A DNA stretch of 60,666 nt, filler included. It is 8 parts of 8 records of this genome, joined end to end, with 100 filler letters (N's around TTAATTAATTAA, not from the genome) between each part and the next. Parts side by side here need not be neighbours in the genome. Positions count along the whole stretch, not along the records: positions 38,137 to 58,051 come from SRR33789315_122; positions 58,152 to 60,666 come from SRR33789315_128; 6 more parts are not named here. One strand, written 5' to 3'. The translations under genes were made by a program, and so were the position numbers. How positions within the stretch are numbered: the stretch's first letter is position 1; every line of letters begins with the position of its first letter. Below the pieces are notes generated by a model. It made no database searches and was not told where the DNA came from. It worked only from the letters and a program-made list of their open reading frames with translations. Below, piece after piece: positions 49,664 through 59,907 of this stretch.

Positions 49664-51820
49664 ATGAAAACGCCAAATACCGTTATTTCTGCTAGTCGAG
49701 GGCAATTGTCAGGAAAAAAACTGATCGTCGCCGCTATATTAACAAGCTCTGCCGCAAGCCTTCCTGTGTTTGCACAAGAAGAAAGTCGAGCTTTAGAAGT
49801 TATCGAAGTCACCACCCAAAAGCGTACCCAGAGTATTCAGAAAGTTCCTATTGCGATCTCAGCCTTCGGCTCAGAAGATCTTGAGCGCACTAATTCTTCA
49901 GATATGGCAGATTTACAGTATTTTACGCCCAACTTAACCGTATCAAATAGTGGTAAAGCTGCTCCGCGTATGGGCTTGAGAGGGATCTCTGATTTTTCTC
50001 GTAACCCCGGTTATGACAATCGGGTCAGTGTTTACGTCGATGGTATTTATGCTGGTCGCTCAGGGGCATCAAATCAATCCACCTTGGATATCCAACGAGT
50101 TGAAGTGCTGCGAGGTCCGCAGGGCACCCTGTTTGGCAAAAATACCGTGGCTGGGGCAATAAACCTGATCACCCAGCAGCCAAGCGAGGAATTTAGAGGC
50201 TCAGTTAAACTGGAAGTGGGCAACGATGACTATATTTCAGCCACCGGTATGCTCAACGGCACTTTGATTGACGACCTTCTGCTGGCAAAATTAATCGTCA
50301 ATGATAAAAAGCGTAAGGGCTATAAAACTAATATTGTCACCGGTGAGGATTTTGATGGTCTTGATGAACAGGCCGCACGTTTGCAACTCACTTGGCTGTT
50401 GGATAAGGCAAAAATAAACATGTCTGTTGATCATTCAAGCGACGAAGGGGCGATGTTACCTGCTGAAGCGGTAGTTGATACGCTGGCGCCAAAAATCTTT
50501 GAATTTGCCTTGGATGGAGAGTCTAGGCAGTCGGTAAAAACCTCTGGTTTTGGTACGACTATTGATTATGCCTTGCCGAATGATTATGAACTGACGTCAA
50601 TTACGGGTTATCGAGAAACTAAAATATATTCTTCTCTAGATGAAGACTTTACTCCTTATGATGTGGCGGTGAGTCGAGCAACAGAAGACAGTGATCATTT
50701 CTCTCAGGAGTTACGTTTAATCTCACCACTAAATGATAGCTACGATTATGTGTTAGGCCTTTTTTACTTCGATCAAAATAATCAATCAAGCGGTGCTGCT
50801 ATAGGCGGGCCCTATTTTCCCAACCCCAATACCAGTGTGCTTACCGCCGCGAAAGTGGACGTGACTTCAATGGCCGCCTTTTTCCACGGCAATTACCGTC
50901 TTTCTGAGCGCTGGGAATTAACCGGTGGCCTGCGTTATACCGATGAAAAGAAAAAAGTGGATTACACCATTAATGACACCACAGGTTTGTTCACAAACGG
51001 CAGTCTGCAGGACGAACGTAACGCTGAAGATCTTTCGCCCAAATTAGGGCTTAATTTATTAGTTAACTCAAACCTGATGTTTTACACCGGTTACTCCAAA
51101 GGCTTTAAAAGCGGGGGTTGGAATGTTGATACTATTTCTACTTTTGAGCAGATTTCCTTTGATGATGAAAAAGTCGACAGTTATGAATTGGGCATGAAAT
51201 CGACCTTAGTTGACGGGCGTTTGCGCCTTAATGCGGCTGTGTATAGCGCTAACTACGATAACTTCCAAGTCTTCCAATTCGTGCCTGTTAATACCGGCGG
51301 TACTATTTTGTCGATCACTAACGCGGGGGAGGTGACTGCTAAAGGCTTCGAAACCGACATTAATTGGGCTGTTTCTGACAATTTGACGCTATGGGCGACT
51401 TATGGTTATACCGATTCCGCTTTTGATGAATTTAAAGATGGTGGTGGTATTGGCATTGACTACGATGGTAATAAAACTCCGGATGCACCAAAACAAACCT
51501 ATAGCTTAGGACTCGAATACCGCTATCCCCTTGGCAATTTGGGAGAATTGGTGGCCTCTGCTAACTATAGCTATCGCGATGGTTTCTATACCAACCCTAA
51601 TAACCTCAGTGCCAACTATGTGGATGCTTACGATTTGCTTAATGGGCGCATCGGGATTGTATCCAATGATGACAGTTGGTCGTTGTACGCTTGGGCTAAA
51701 AACCTCAGTGATGCCAGAGATATCACTGAGCAGAGTGTTTCCTTCTTGGGGATTCAACGCGCTAATTATTTAGAACCGCGAATGTATGGGCTGAGTTTTG
51801 AATATCGATTTGAAAACTAG
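49664..51820 (+). CDS. TonB-dependent receptor
   Basis: LEVIEVTTQKR TonB box, VEVLRGPQGTLFGKNT..GAIN, PRMYGL..YRF. Confidence 0.96.
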   Translation: MKTPNTVISASRGQLSGKKLIVAAILTSSAASLPVFAQEESRALEVIEVTTQKRTQSIQKVPIAISAFGSEDLERTNSSDMADLQYFTPNLTVSNSGKAAPRMGLRGISDFSRNPGYDNRVSVYVDGIYAGRSGASNQSTLDIQRVEVLRGPQGTLFGKNTVAGAINLITQQPSEEFRGSVKLEVGNDDYISATGMLNGTLIDDLLLAKLIVNDKKRKGYKTNIVTGEDFDGLDEQAARLQLTWLLDKAKINMSVDHSSDEGAMLPAEAVVDTLAPKIFEFALDGESRQSVKTSGFGTTIDYALPNDYELTSITGYRETKIYSSLDEDFTPYDVAVSRATEDSDHFSQELRLISPLNDSYDYVLGLFYFDQNNQSSGAAIGGPYFPNPNTSVLTAAKVDVTSMAAFFHGNYRLSERWELTGGLRYTDEKKKVDYTINDTTGLFTNGSLQDERNAEDLSPKLGLNLLVNSNLMFYTGYSKGFKSGGWNVDTISTFEQISFDDEKVDSYELGMKSTLVDGRLRLNAAVYSANYDNFQVFQFVPVNTGGTILSITNAGEVTAKGFETDINWAVSDNLTLWATYGYTDSAFDEFKDGGGIGIDYDGNKTPDAPKQTYSLGLEYRYPLGNLGELVASANYSYRDGFYTNPNNLSANYVDAYDLLNGRIGIVSNDDSWSLYAWAKNLSDARDITEQSVSFLGIQRANYLEPRMYGLSFEYRFEN

Positions 51821-51835
51821 TTTATCCAACTGGCA

Positions 51836-51883
51836 CGGCTAATCACTACAGGAGAGCTACAAATAAGGTTCTCTGATTAGCCG
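51836..51883 (+). other. Intergenic hairpin between TBDR and amidohydrolase
   Basis: CGGCTAATCA...TGATTAGCCG 10-bp arms. Confidence 0.6.
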
Positions 51884-51938
51884 AGCTCAGGAGGTTTTTC
51901 TTTTACGTATTACTGAATCAAACCAAAAGGTATTTATT

Positions 51939-53243
51939 GTGAATAAGCTGGTTTTAGCTTTTGTCATGTCACTGGTTATGCCCGCCGCGGTAGCGGATGA
52001 TTTTTATCAAACCATTCATCACGAGTCGCAGCAGTTGGAGAGCAGAGTTATTCAATGGCGGCGACATATCCATCAAAATCCTGAATTATCCAACCAAGAA
52101 TTTGAAACGGCTGCACTGGTGGCCAAAGAACTGAACCGACTGGGTTTAGACATCGTTGATACGGGAATCGCTGGTACTGGGGTGGTTGGCGTGTTAGTGG
52201 GCGGTAAACCGGGTCCGGTTGTGGCCCTTAGAGCCGATATGGACGCCTTACCGGGTGTGGAGCAGACGGGGCTGCCTTTTGCTTCCACTAAAACCACCAT
52301 GTACAAAGGGGCTGAAGTGGGAATAATGCATGCCTGTGGCCACGATGCCCACGTGGCAATATTGCTTGGTGTTGCAGAATTACTTAGTCGTCATAAGGAG
52401 CAGCTACCCGGTACCGTGAAATTTATATTTCAGCCCGCCGAAGAGGGAGTGAGTGATGCCGCAACTTGGGGAGCAAAATTGATGGTTGAACAAGGGGTGC
52501 TCGAAGGGGCTTACAAACCAGAAGTGATATTTGGTCTCCATGTTGTTCCTGGTCCTTCTGGCTCTTTAATATATAAAGAGGAGGGGGTGTTGGCGGCATC
52601 TGATCCCTTTAAAATTACCATCACCGGCAAGCAAACTCATGGAGCAACCCCTTGGTTTGGCAATGACCCGATAGCCATAGCTGGGCAAATGATCACTGCG
52701 ATGCAGATGATACCTGCGCGACAACTCGATAGTACCAAGGCACCCACTGTGATCAGTGTAGGTTCAATTCATGGGGGATTGAAGGGCAATATTATTCCTG
52801 AAAAAGTGGTGATGGAAGGAACGGTAAGAACCTTAGATAAGGGGATTAGACAGCAAACACTGTCGCAACTGAAAAAGACCGTTGAAGGTATTGCAGCTTT
52901 GAGTAATGCCAGTGCGACTATTGAGTTTGAGCCAGGTTATCCCATAACTTATAACGACCCAGAGCTAACCATTAATATGCGAAATACCATGGCGAGAGTG
53001 GCCGGTGAAGCGAATCTTTTTAAAATGGTCGCTAGAACAGGAGCGGAAGACTTTGCGTTTTTTCAGCAAAAAATTCCCGGTCTATACATTGGCTTGGGCG
53101 TTAGCAAAGCCAACGCTGACTCAAAAGCGATTTATGCAAACCATTCTCCGCGCTTTGATGTGGATGAAAGCGCACTGATTAAAGGTGTTCAGGTATTGAG
53201 TAACATGGCTTATGACTACATGACGCAAGCGTCTGTTGATTAA
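51939..53243 (+). CDS. M20D amidohydrolase with signal peptide
   Basis: RRHIHQNPELS, LRADMDAL, MHACGHD, FQPAEEG, AEDFAF, NHSP. Confidence 0.93.
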   Translation: MNKLVLAFVMSLVMPAAVADDFYQTIHHESQQLESRVIQWRRHIHQNPELSNQEFETAALVAKELNRLGLDIVDTGIAGTGVVGVLVGGKPGPVVALRADMDALPGVEQTGLPFASTKTTMYKGAEVGIMHACGHDAHVAILLGVAELLSRHKEQLPGTVKFIFQPAEEGVSDAATWGAKLMVEQGVLEGAYKPEVIFGLHVVPGPSGSLIYKEEGVLAASDPFKITITGKQTHGATPWFGNDPIAIAGQMITAMQMIPARQLDSTKAPTVISVGSIHGGLKGNIIPEKVVMEGTVRTLDKGIRQQTLSQLKKTVEGIAALSNASATIEFEPGYPITYNDPELTINMRNTMARVAGEANLFKMVARTGAEDFAFFQQKIPGLYIGLGVSKANADSKAIYANHSPRFDVDESALIKGVQVLSNMAYDYMTQASVD

Positions 53244-53379
53244 ATTCGCCGGGTGTTATCGTTGGATAAAACCCAAAACGCGCATTGCAGAATGACTGAG
53301 ATAGTTAGAGCGCTAAATCAAAATGTTGTTTTTCTGCAGATCCTTTAAACACTTGCTGAGTTACTTCTGCGTAAGTAAC

Positions 53380-54564
53380 TCAGGCTTGCCGGTTAAAATA
53401 CACTTGATTCCTACCTAGTTTTTTAGCCTCATAAAGCGCTTTGTCAGCAATTTCGACGAAACTGTCCGGTTTTTTATCTGAACATTCTTCGAGACTGGCG
53501 ACACCAACACTGATGCTTATACACGACATGCCACTTACTTGGGTGCTGGCATGGGGTAGATTTTCATTTTGAACCGCCATCTGTAATTTTTGTGCCAGTG
53601 CCACTGCTTCGATGATTTTGGTATTGGGTAAGATAAAGACAAACTCTTCACCGCCGTATCTTGCGATAAAATCTTCTGTGCGACTAACAATTTGTGTGGT
53701 TATTTTAGCGACTTATGTCAGGCACTTATCGCCGGCAACGTGACCATATTGGTCATTAAACTGTTTGAAGCAGTCAATATCAAATATCACTAAGCACAGA
53801 GAAGAATGATTGCGCACTGCCTTACTCATTTCTATGTTTAAACATTCGTCAAAGTGGCGGCGATTAAATAGTCCGGTTAAGGCGTCGCGGCGCGAGAGTT
53901 CTTGCAACTGCTGTTCGGCAAATTTACGTTTTTCTATTTCTTGCTGATTTTCAAAATTGAGTAAAATGGCGTTTTTAAATGCTTGGTTTATCGGCTTTAA
54001 TGCTGAAAGTACTACCACCGCATAAAGTATCACTCCTGCCGCAACATAAGTCTCTAAATCGCCTGGAATAACCAAAAAATAGAGGGTAATGGGCACAGTG
54101 ACCGGAATAAAATAACTCAATACCGCATAGATGCTGGCACCAAAAGCTATCACTGGAATTGCGCTTAGGCCAATGATGATCATACCAATAGAAGCAACAT
54201 ATTCAGGTTGATCCAAGGGGGTAAAATACAAAAGCCCACTCGCATGTATTGTCGCGGTAATGGCTGAACCTGCGGTCCAAGCATGTAACCAAACATTACT
54301 TATGTGGCGGCTATCGCGTTTTTTGAAACGGATATACAAGACAAAACGCCCAAAGGAAACAATGCACATTGCGATTAACCAAGCGACTAGTTCACTCAAG
54401 GGGGCAACAGGTTTAAGCCACATCACCATGAGTAAGGTTGCTAAGGGGTTACTAATAACGACGCGAAACGACTGAGCATATAATAAGGATATGATTTCTT
54501 GATGGGTTTTCTGGGTAATGCTCAATGGCATTTTGATGGTTTCTCGCACAATAAAAACTGACAA
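53380..54564 (-). pseudogene. Membrane diguanylate cyclase interrupted by in-frame TAA at 53713-53715
   Basis: ...GDKCLT*VAKITTQIVSRTEDFIARYGGEEF... continues in the same frame to 53380. Confidence 0.9.
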
Positions 54565-54925
54565 AATAATTTAGCTAACCCAGCACCTAGACTGGCCTCG
54601 ATACTTTCAACGGATACCTTTTAGCAAAGCTTACCAAAAAGTCACTTATTCTGGCAGATTTTGTACTTCAATCCCACGAATATTGCTTGTTGTTGTGCCA
54701 ACACTTCGTTGAGGATAACGTTTAAATAGTTACTCAATGCATTGTCGCTTGGGCTCTAGATCTGTGCTCGAGAGTTTGATTACTATTTTACTGAACACGA
54801 CAACTTATTCATTTCCATTCTTTGGTGTGTTAGTCGGCTTTTGAATCAAGGCAAAAATAATCTCTTTTTACCTTGTTTGTAGAAGTGATTATTGATGTCA
54901 TGATAAGCGCTGAGCTGATATTGGC

Positions 54926-55252
54926 TCAGGTATTTATACTTTTGTAAGTCCCCATGTTTGCTTGAATTCCTAAACGTGACATGGTTTCTTCAGGATTAAA
55001 TCCAGTCAGATTGTGAAGTGCCATGACGGCGGCGCGAGCACCATCAATATAGCTCGAGTTTTCCCACTCTATTAGTGTTACCAAATTGAATTCGTGGTCA
55101 TTAAGTGGTTGTTCAAGTAAAAAGTCCTGCACAAATCCAGCTTGTGCCCTGAGTATCGCGTGAATTTCATTTATCTTGGCTAAAAATTCTACTCGTGCAC
55201 TATGTGGAACAATAAACTTATCTAAGCGATATACCTTCACATAATTCTCCAA
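54926..55252 (-). CDS. Antibiotic biosynthesis monooxygenase (ABM)-like protein
   Basis: DKFIVP..AR.EF, GFVQD, FNLVTLIEWE. Confidence 0.75.
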   Translation of the reverse strand: MENYVKVYRLDKFIVPHSARVEFLAKINEIHAILRAQAGFVQDFLLEQPLNDHEFNLVTLIEWENSSYIDGARAAVMALHNLTGFNPEETMSRLGIQANMGTYKSINT

Positions 55253-55447
55253 TTAAAAAATGTTTAAATGAACTCAAAAGCCATGTAGCAAGGCATTATG
55301 AAGATGGCTAGCTTTATGCGGTATTTTGAACAAATTAAAATAGCTTGCCTAGCCAAATGCATTCATTTTTTATTGGCTTTTGTCGTTACCGTGAAAATTT
55401 AGCTTGCTACAGACCTAGCAATGTCTCTGCATTGTCAGACAACTCGG

Positions 55448-56464
55448 CTACTGATGGTTTTGGTCAACGCTTAGCACAATTTTGCCCATTTGTTGGTTGC
55501 TCTCCATGTACTCGTGGGCTTGTTGGATATCATTAAAGGCAAAAATTTTATCGATTATTGGTACGAGTTTTTTTGCTTCAAATAGTGGCATTAGAAATTT
55601 CTTGGCATGGTCTAATCTAGCACTATCTTGGGTCAGTTCAAAAATCGTGAACCCCCGAATAATTAAACCTTTTGCTAGTGCGGTAAATAATGGATAGGGA
55701 CTCGGTTTACTGTCCAATGCTCCGTATTCAATAATTTGTCCGCCCTTGCTGGAAACCTCAGCTAGCTCAGACAACATTGGTCCTCCAATGGGATCAAAAA
55801 TAAGTTCTACCCCTTTTTTCTTAGTGATAGTTGCTACCGTGCTTATAAGATTTTCAGAATCGGTTTGAATAACGTAGTCTGCTCCTTGTTCGAGTAAAAA
55901 CTGTGCTTTATTTTTACCGCGAGTGGTGGCAATAACAACCGCACCTTGGGTTTTAGCAATCTGAATTGCTGCAACACCGACACTGCTGCTGGCCGCCGTA
56001 ATTAATACATGTTGCCCCTTTTGCAAACGTCCGATGTCAACGAGTGCACCATAAGCTGTGATGTATTGCATCCAGATAGATGCACTTTGTTCGAACGTGA
56101 ATGACACAGGGCAGTGTGCTACGGCATGAATTGGCAGAGTCACACTCTGTGCATAAACACCATATTGGCCCATTGAAAAAGCAGGTATAGAACTAACACG
56201 GTCTCCTACCTTAAAGCTACTGACGTTCTTGCCCACGGCATCAATGATACCCGCTGCCTCATAGCCTAGTCGTGAAGGAAATTCTGGTATTTCAAGATAA
56301 GCCCCATTCCTAAACATGACTTCCGCACGATTTAAACCAATTGCTTTTACCCTAAACCGAATCTCATTGTCTGCAGGTATACCTATAGGCAATGCTTCAA
56401 TCTGTAATACTGAAGCGTCGCCGGTTTTGTGAAAACGCACAACTTTTGTAATGTATGAACCCAT
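55448..56464 (-). CDS. MDR/quinone oxidoreductase family protein
   Basis: AIGLNRAE, LGYEAAG, AASSSVG, MESNQQMGKIV. Confidence 0.92.
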   Translation of the reverse strand: MGSYITKVVRFHKTGDASVLQIEALPIGIPADNEIRFRVKAIGLNRAEVMFRNGAYLEIPEFPSRLGYEAAGIIDAVGKNVSSFKVGDRVSSIPAFSMGQYGVYAQSVTLPIHAVAHCPVSFTFEQSASIWMQYITAYGALVDIGRLQKGQHVLITAASSSVGVAAIQIAKTQGAVVIATTRGKNKAQFLLEQGADYVIQTDSENLISTVATITKKKGVELIFDPIGGPMLSELAEVSSKGGQIIEYGALDSKPSPYPLFTALAKGLIIRGFTIFELTQDSARLDHAKKFLMPLFEAKKLVPIIDKIFAFNDIQQAHEYMESNQQMGKIVLSVDQNHQ

Positions 56465-56484
56465 GTTTTTCTCTGTCTGATAAA

Positions 56485-56766
56485 TTAATAAGTGATTAAG
56501 TGAAATTGGCTACACATGCCTTGGTCACGAAGAGGGATTATGGCTAGGTAGGCTTCCGAGTTGTAACAATTGAGGGCCTGATCCTTAGTAGGAAACTGAA
56601 TGATAACTTTTGCTTGAAATGCCGCGTCTCCGTGCAGGGATTCAATTGACCCTTTGGCTAAATATTTTCCATCGTAGTGAATAAGCGTTTCTGCCGCCAT
56701 TGCGCTATATCTATTAAGTTTTTCTTTATCTATGGGGCTTAGGTCGACAATTATTAAGGCGATCAT
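56485..56766 (-). CDS. DUF1330 family protein
   Basis: Y.GKYL.KG..E.LHG, VIIQFP..A..YNS.AY. Confidence 0.85.
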   Translation of the reverse strand: MIALIIVDLSPIDKEKLNRYSAMAAETLIHYDGKYLAKGSIESLHGDAAFQAKVIIQFPTKDQALNCYNSEAYLAIIPLRDQGMCSQFHLITY

Positions 56767-56816
56767 TAATGTGGTTCTTGGTTTAATTGGTATTGACCAA
56801 GCATAATAAGTTTGAA

Positions 56817-56866
56817 AATATTAAACAATGGTCAAAAAATTAACTCAGTGTTTAATATTATGAACA
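56817..56866. promoter_or_regulatory. Probable LysR autoregulatory sites
   Basis: AATATTAAACA (56817-56827) / TGTTTAATATT (56849-56859) inverted repeat; TGTT-N10-AACA over the likely start. Confidence 0.5.
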
Positions 56867-57771
56867 ATTTAAAGCAAATTTCTTCGCTGCTTATATTTTC
56901 TGAGGTAGCAAACCGACAATCTTTTACATTAGCAGCCCAACACTTAGGCATGAGTAAATCAGCTATTAGCCAGCAAATTAAACGTCTAGAACAGAGTATT
57001 GGGCAACAACTATTATCACGTAATACTCGAGGTATGGCGCTGACGGCAATAGGGACAAAACTTCTCAATCGTTGCGAATTATTGCTAGGTCAGGTTGATC
57101 TCGCGTTTGAAGAGTTAAACCACAACAAAGAAGAACCTTCTGGAACGTTTTCTATAACTATCCCTCACTCATTTGAAAAAGACATTGTTATCCCAGCTAT
57201 TAGCCAACTCTGCGCGGAATTTCCTAAAATCGAACCAAATATACTGGTAACGGATGAAGTACTCGATTTAATTCAAAATAAACTAGACCTTGCTATCTAT
57301 GGCGGCGATCTTAAAGATAGTGGTTATCGTGCATTACCCATTGGCAATATTCGCGAGTATTTTTGCGCTACACCAAGGTATATTCAAAAGCATGGTTTGT
57401 TGACAAAAATAGATGATTTTTACAAACATAGATTTATAGCGACGTCTTGGCAAAAAGACTCATTGGCTATTTTCAAGAATAATTCCGCGGATGAAAAACA
57501 TATAATCAAGCCTACTTATTTTGCAAAAACCAACACCTTACCAAGCACCCTTGAAATGACGTTGCACGATATGGGAATTGCGTTATTACCGGAATTTGTC
57601 ATTCAAGCAGATATAAGCAGTGGACGTTTGGTGAGGATATTGACAGATTACCAAGGTAGATTGTGGCCTTTTTCCATGGTGCATCGTTTTCATGGGAAAA
57701 AACCAATTCATGTCGACCGATTCAGCCAACTAGTGAATCACTTTTTTTCTAAGGTAAATAATAAAATCTAG
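56860..57771 (+). CDS. LysR family regulator
   Basis: SFTLAAQHLGMSKSAISQQIKRLE..G..LL.RNTR; divergent from DUF1330/MDR. Confidence 0.94.
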   Translation: MNNLKQISSLLIFSEVANRQSFTLAAQHLGMSKSAISQQIKRLEQSIGQQLLSRNTRGMALTAIGTKLLNRCELLLGQVDLAFEELNHNKEEPSGTFSITIPHSFEKDIVIPAISQLCAEFPKIEPNILVTDEVLDLIQNKLDLAIYGGDLKDSGYRALPIGNIREYFCATPRYIQKHGLLTKIDDFYKHRFIATSWQKDSLAIFKNNSADEKHIIKPTYFAKTNTLPSTLEMTLHDMGIALLPEFVIQADISSGRLVRILTDYQGRLWPFSMVHRFHGKKPIHVDRFSQLVNHFFSKVNNKI

Positions 57772-58021
57772 CTAGGCTTAGTTTTACATAAATAATTCGC
57801 GGAACTGTGAATCGTGTTTTTTTGACCGCGGATAGTTTTAGTTTTGCCGAGAATACCGAGCAAGTCCCAGAACCTAGTCACTTATACCTAGAGGGTTTGG
57901 CCCTGTTTTTTGCCATTCGTAAACATAATTTTTTTGCTTACTATCACGATGATTTTGGTGAATCTGAGCTGTTAAGCAAAGGCTCAAATTTACTAGAACC
58001 CAGTAAACTGAACATATAAAT

Positions 58022-58051
58022 TAACCTCAACTCTGGATAAGAAATGTCGTT
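58022..58051 (+). repeat. Possible end of another MITE-like repeat at contig edge
   Basis: TAACCTCAACTCTGGATAAG resembles Alteromonadales dispersed repeat termini as I recall them; single copy here. Confidence 0.3.
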
Positions 58052-58151
58052 NNNNNNNNNNNNNNNNNNNNNNNNNNNNNNNNNNNNNNNNNNNNTTAAT
58101 TAATTAANNNNNNNNNNNNNNNNNNNNNNNNNNNNNNNNNNNNNNNNNNNN

Positions 58152-58520
58152 CCCTAAATACAATTCTATATAACCGGGGAAACAAATATCTAAATAAGTT
58201 GAATAATTATAGTTTTCACAAAGTAACCAAGGTGTAGCTCCAAAAAATAACACCTTACTTTTTGGGGGAACTGATTGAGCCACTCTATTCTTAATTTTTC
58301 GCAATCTAGAAGTTGAAAAGTAAAAAAAATTACCTCCAATACTTAAGCTCCGTTTTACTTTAGAGATTACCTTTAAAAAAGTACTACTTTTCGGTGATAT
58401 ATTTCCAACATATTGCCAATTTTCATCTGCTCTTTTAAGAGCATCAAACATTTTAAAGTTAATTCCATTCCACCCACCTGAGGCGTTTTTCAAACTAAAA
58501 TTACTTACGAAATACTTCAT
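58152..58520 (-). CDS. Probable glycosyltransferase, N-terminal fragment
   Basis: Coupled to upstream GT; YSTYLD motif; cut by contig edge. Confidence 0.55.
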
Positions 58521-59548
58521 TTATTATTAAAAAATGAGATTACTTTTTGATACTCCTCTTCGTAACACTTCATAAATTTTTTTGGTTTTTTATTTGTATT
58601 TCTAAATGTTACTAAGTCATCAAAAGTGTTATTACCTTGATAATCTGTCATTAAAATGTTATAATCCTCTTTCTTTTTAAGATTATCAACTAAAGGCAAG
58701 CTATCACTGCACAATACCGTCATGCCTAAAGCCAAATATTCATACACTTTATTTGGAATACTTTGTATAACATTATTTGAAAACCCCTTGTATAATACCA
58801 GACCTACATCATACATTCCTTTTAGTGAAACAATATCTTTATTATCAATAGCTTCCTTAACGATTACATTTTTGTACTTTTTGAAAAATGATAGTACCTC
58901 AACGGTATAAAAATGTGAATAAAATGTTATTTCAATATTATCATTATTTCCAACTTGTTCTAAAAGTTCCTTTAAATAGTGACCTTTAAAATTAATTGTC
59001 CCCCAGTGAACCAGTTTTAACCTCTTACCTTTCACTTTCTCTAGTGGCAAAGCTTTTTGCCATTTAATTGAGGGATAATTTATAAGACAAGATAACTTAC
59101 AATCCAAAATAACGGGAAACTCTTCGTGAAACATTGATAACCTTTTAGGATTGGTGTGAGATATCATACCCCATTTTTGCATCCCTTTTTTCTCACATTT
59201 TCTTCCAAATTGTTCTAAAAATGACTGGTTCTGATATTCTTTTTCACTAAAATATTCGTGGTGATGAAACCAAACTTTTAATTTTTTAAATAATGATACC
59301 AATAATAGTGGAGGACTACTAATAGACTCATAGACCATTACATTTTTATACCTAATTAAGGAACATATTGCCCTTAAACAAAAAGCCAAGTAAAAAAACA
59401 CATTTTTAGCTCTATTTTGGCTTGGTATACCACAAATGAGTATGACCTTAACCCCATTTTGTGTTAGATAATCGACCATATTAACAACAGGAGGGTATTT
59501 CGCTGATGGTCTATAATGTAAAATAGTAATGTTCTTTATTGATCTCAA
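58517..59548 (-). CDS. Glycosyltransferase (GT4-like)
   Basis: YPPV.N, DVGLVLY..N...PNKVYEYLALG. Confidence 0.8.
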   Translation of the reverse strand: MRSIKNITILHYRPSAKYPPVVNMVDYLTQNGVKVILICGIPSQNRAKNVFFYLAFCLRAICSLIRYKNVMVYESISSPPLLLVSLFKKLKVWFHHHEYFSEKEYQNQSFLEQFGRKCEKKGMQKWGMISHTNPKRLSMFHEEFPVILDCKLSCLINYPSIKWQKALPLEKVKGKRLKLVHWGTINFKGHYLKELLEQVGNNDNIEITFYSHFYTVEVLSFFKKYKNVIVKEAIDNKDIVSLKGMYDVGLVLYKGFSNNVIQSIPNKVYEYLALGMTVLCSDSLPLVDNLKKKEDYNILMTDYQGNNTFDDLVTFRNTNKKPKKFMKCYEEEYQKVISFFNNK

Positions 59549-59907
59549 GAATTTGCTAGAATTTATTAGAAAACTATTGAAGATTTTCAGGTATTCATTT
59601 ATTAGAAATGAATCATATTAGTCAATGAAAATCTTTTATACAACAAGAGAAATTGAAAAAATGAAATTACTCTATTATACCCCAGAATATACAGTAGCAA
59701 CTAAAATTTTTCACTCCCAACAGCCCATGGATTCCCTATATGTAAATAATAAAAAGATTTATGCGCATTCTCACACTGTAAGGAATCATCCATATTTTGA
59801 TGAATAAAACTCAATTAACAGTGCCTTATAACATTTTTATCTCCAATTTGAAATTTCACTAATAATGAAAATGCTTTTCATATAGTTGAAATGATTTTAT
59901 GATTACC

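Noticed and set aside
57807-58019. 70-aa ORF after LysR
   Set aside because: No recognisable motif or clear SD; cannot support it as a gene
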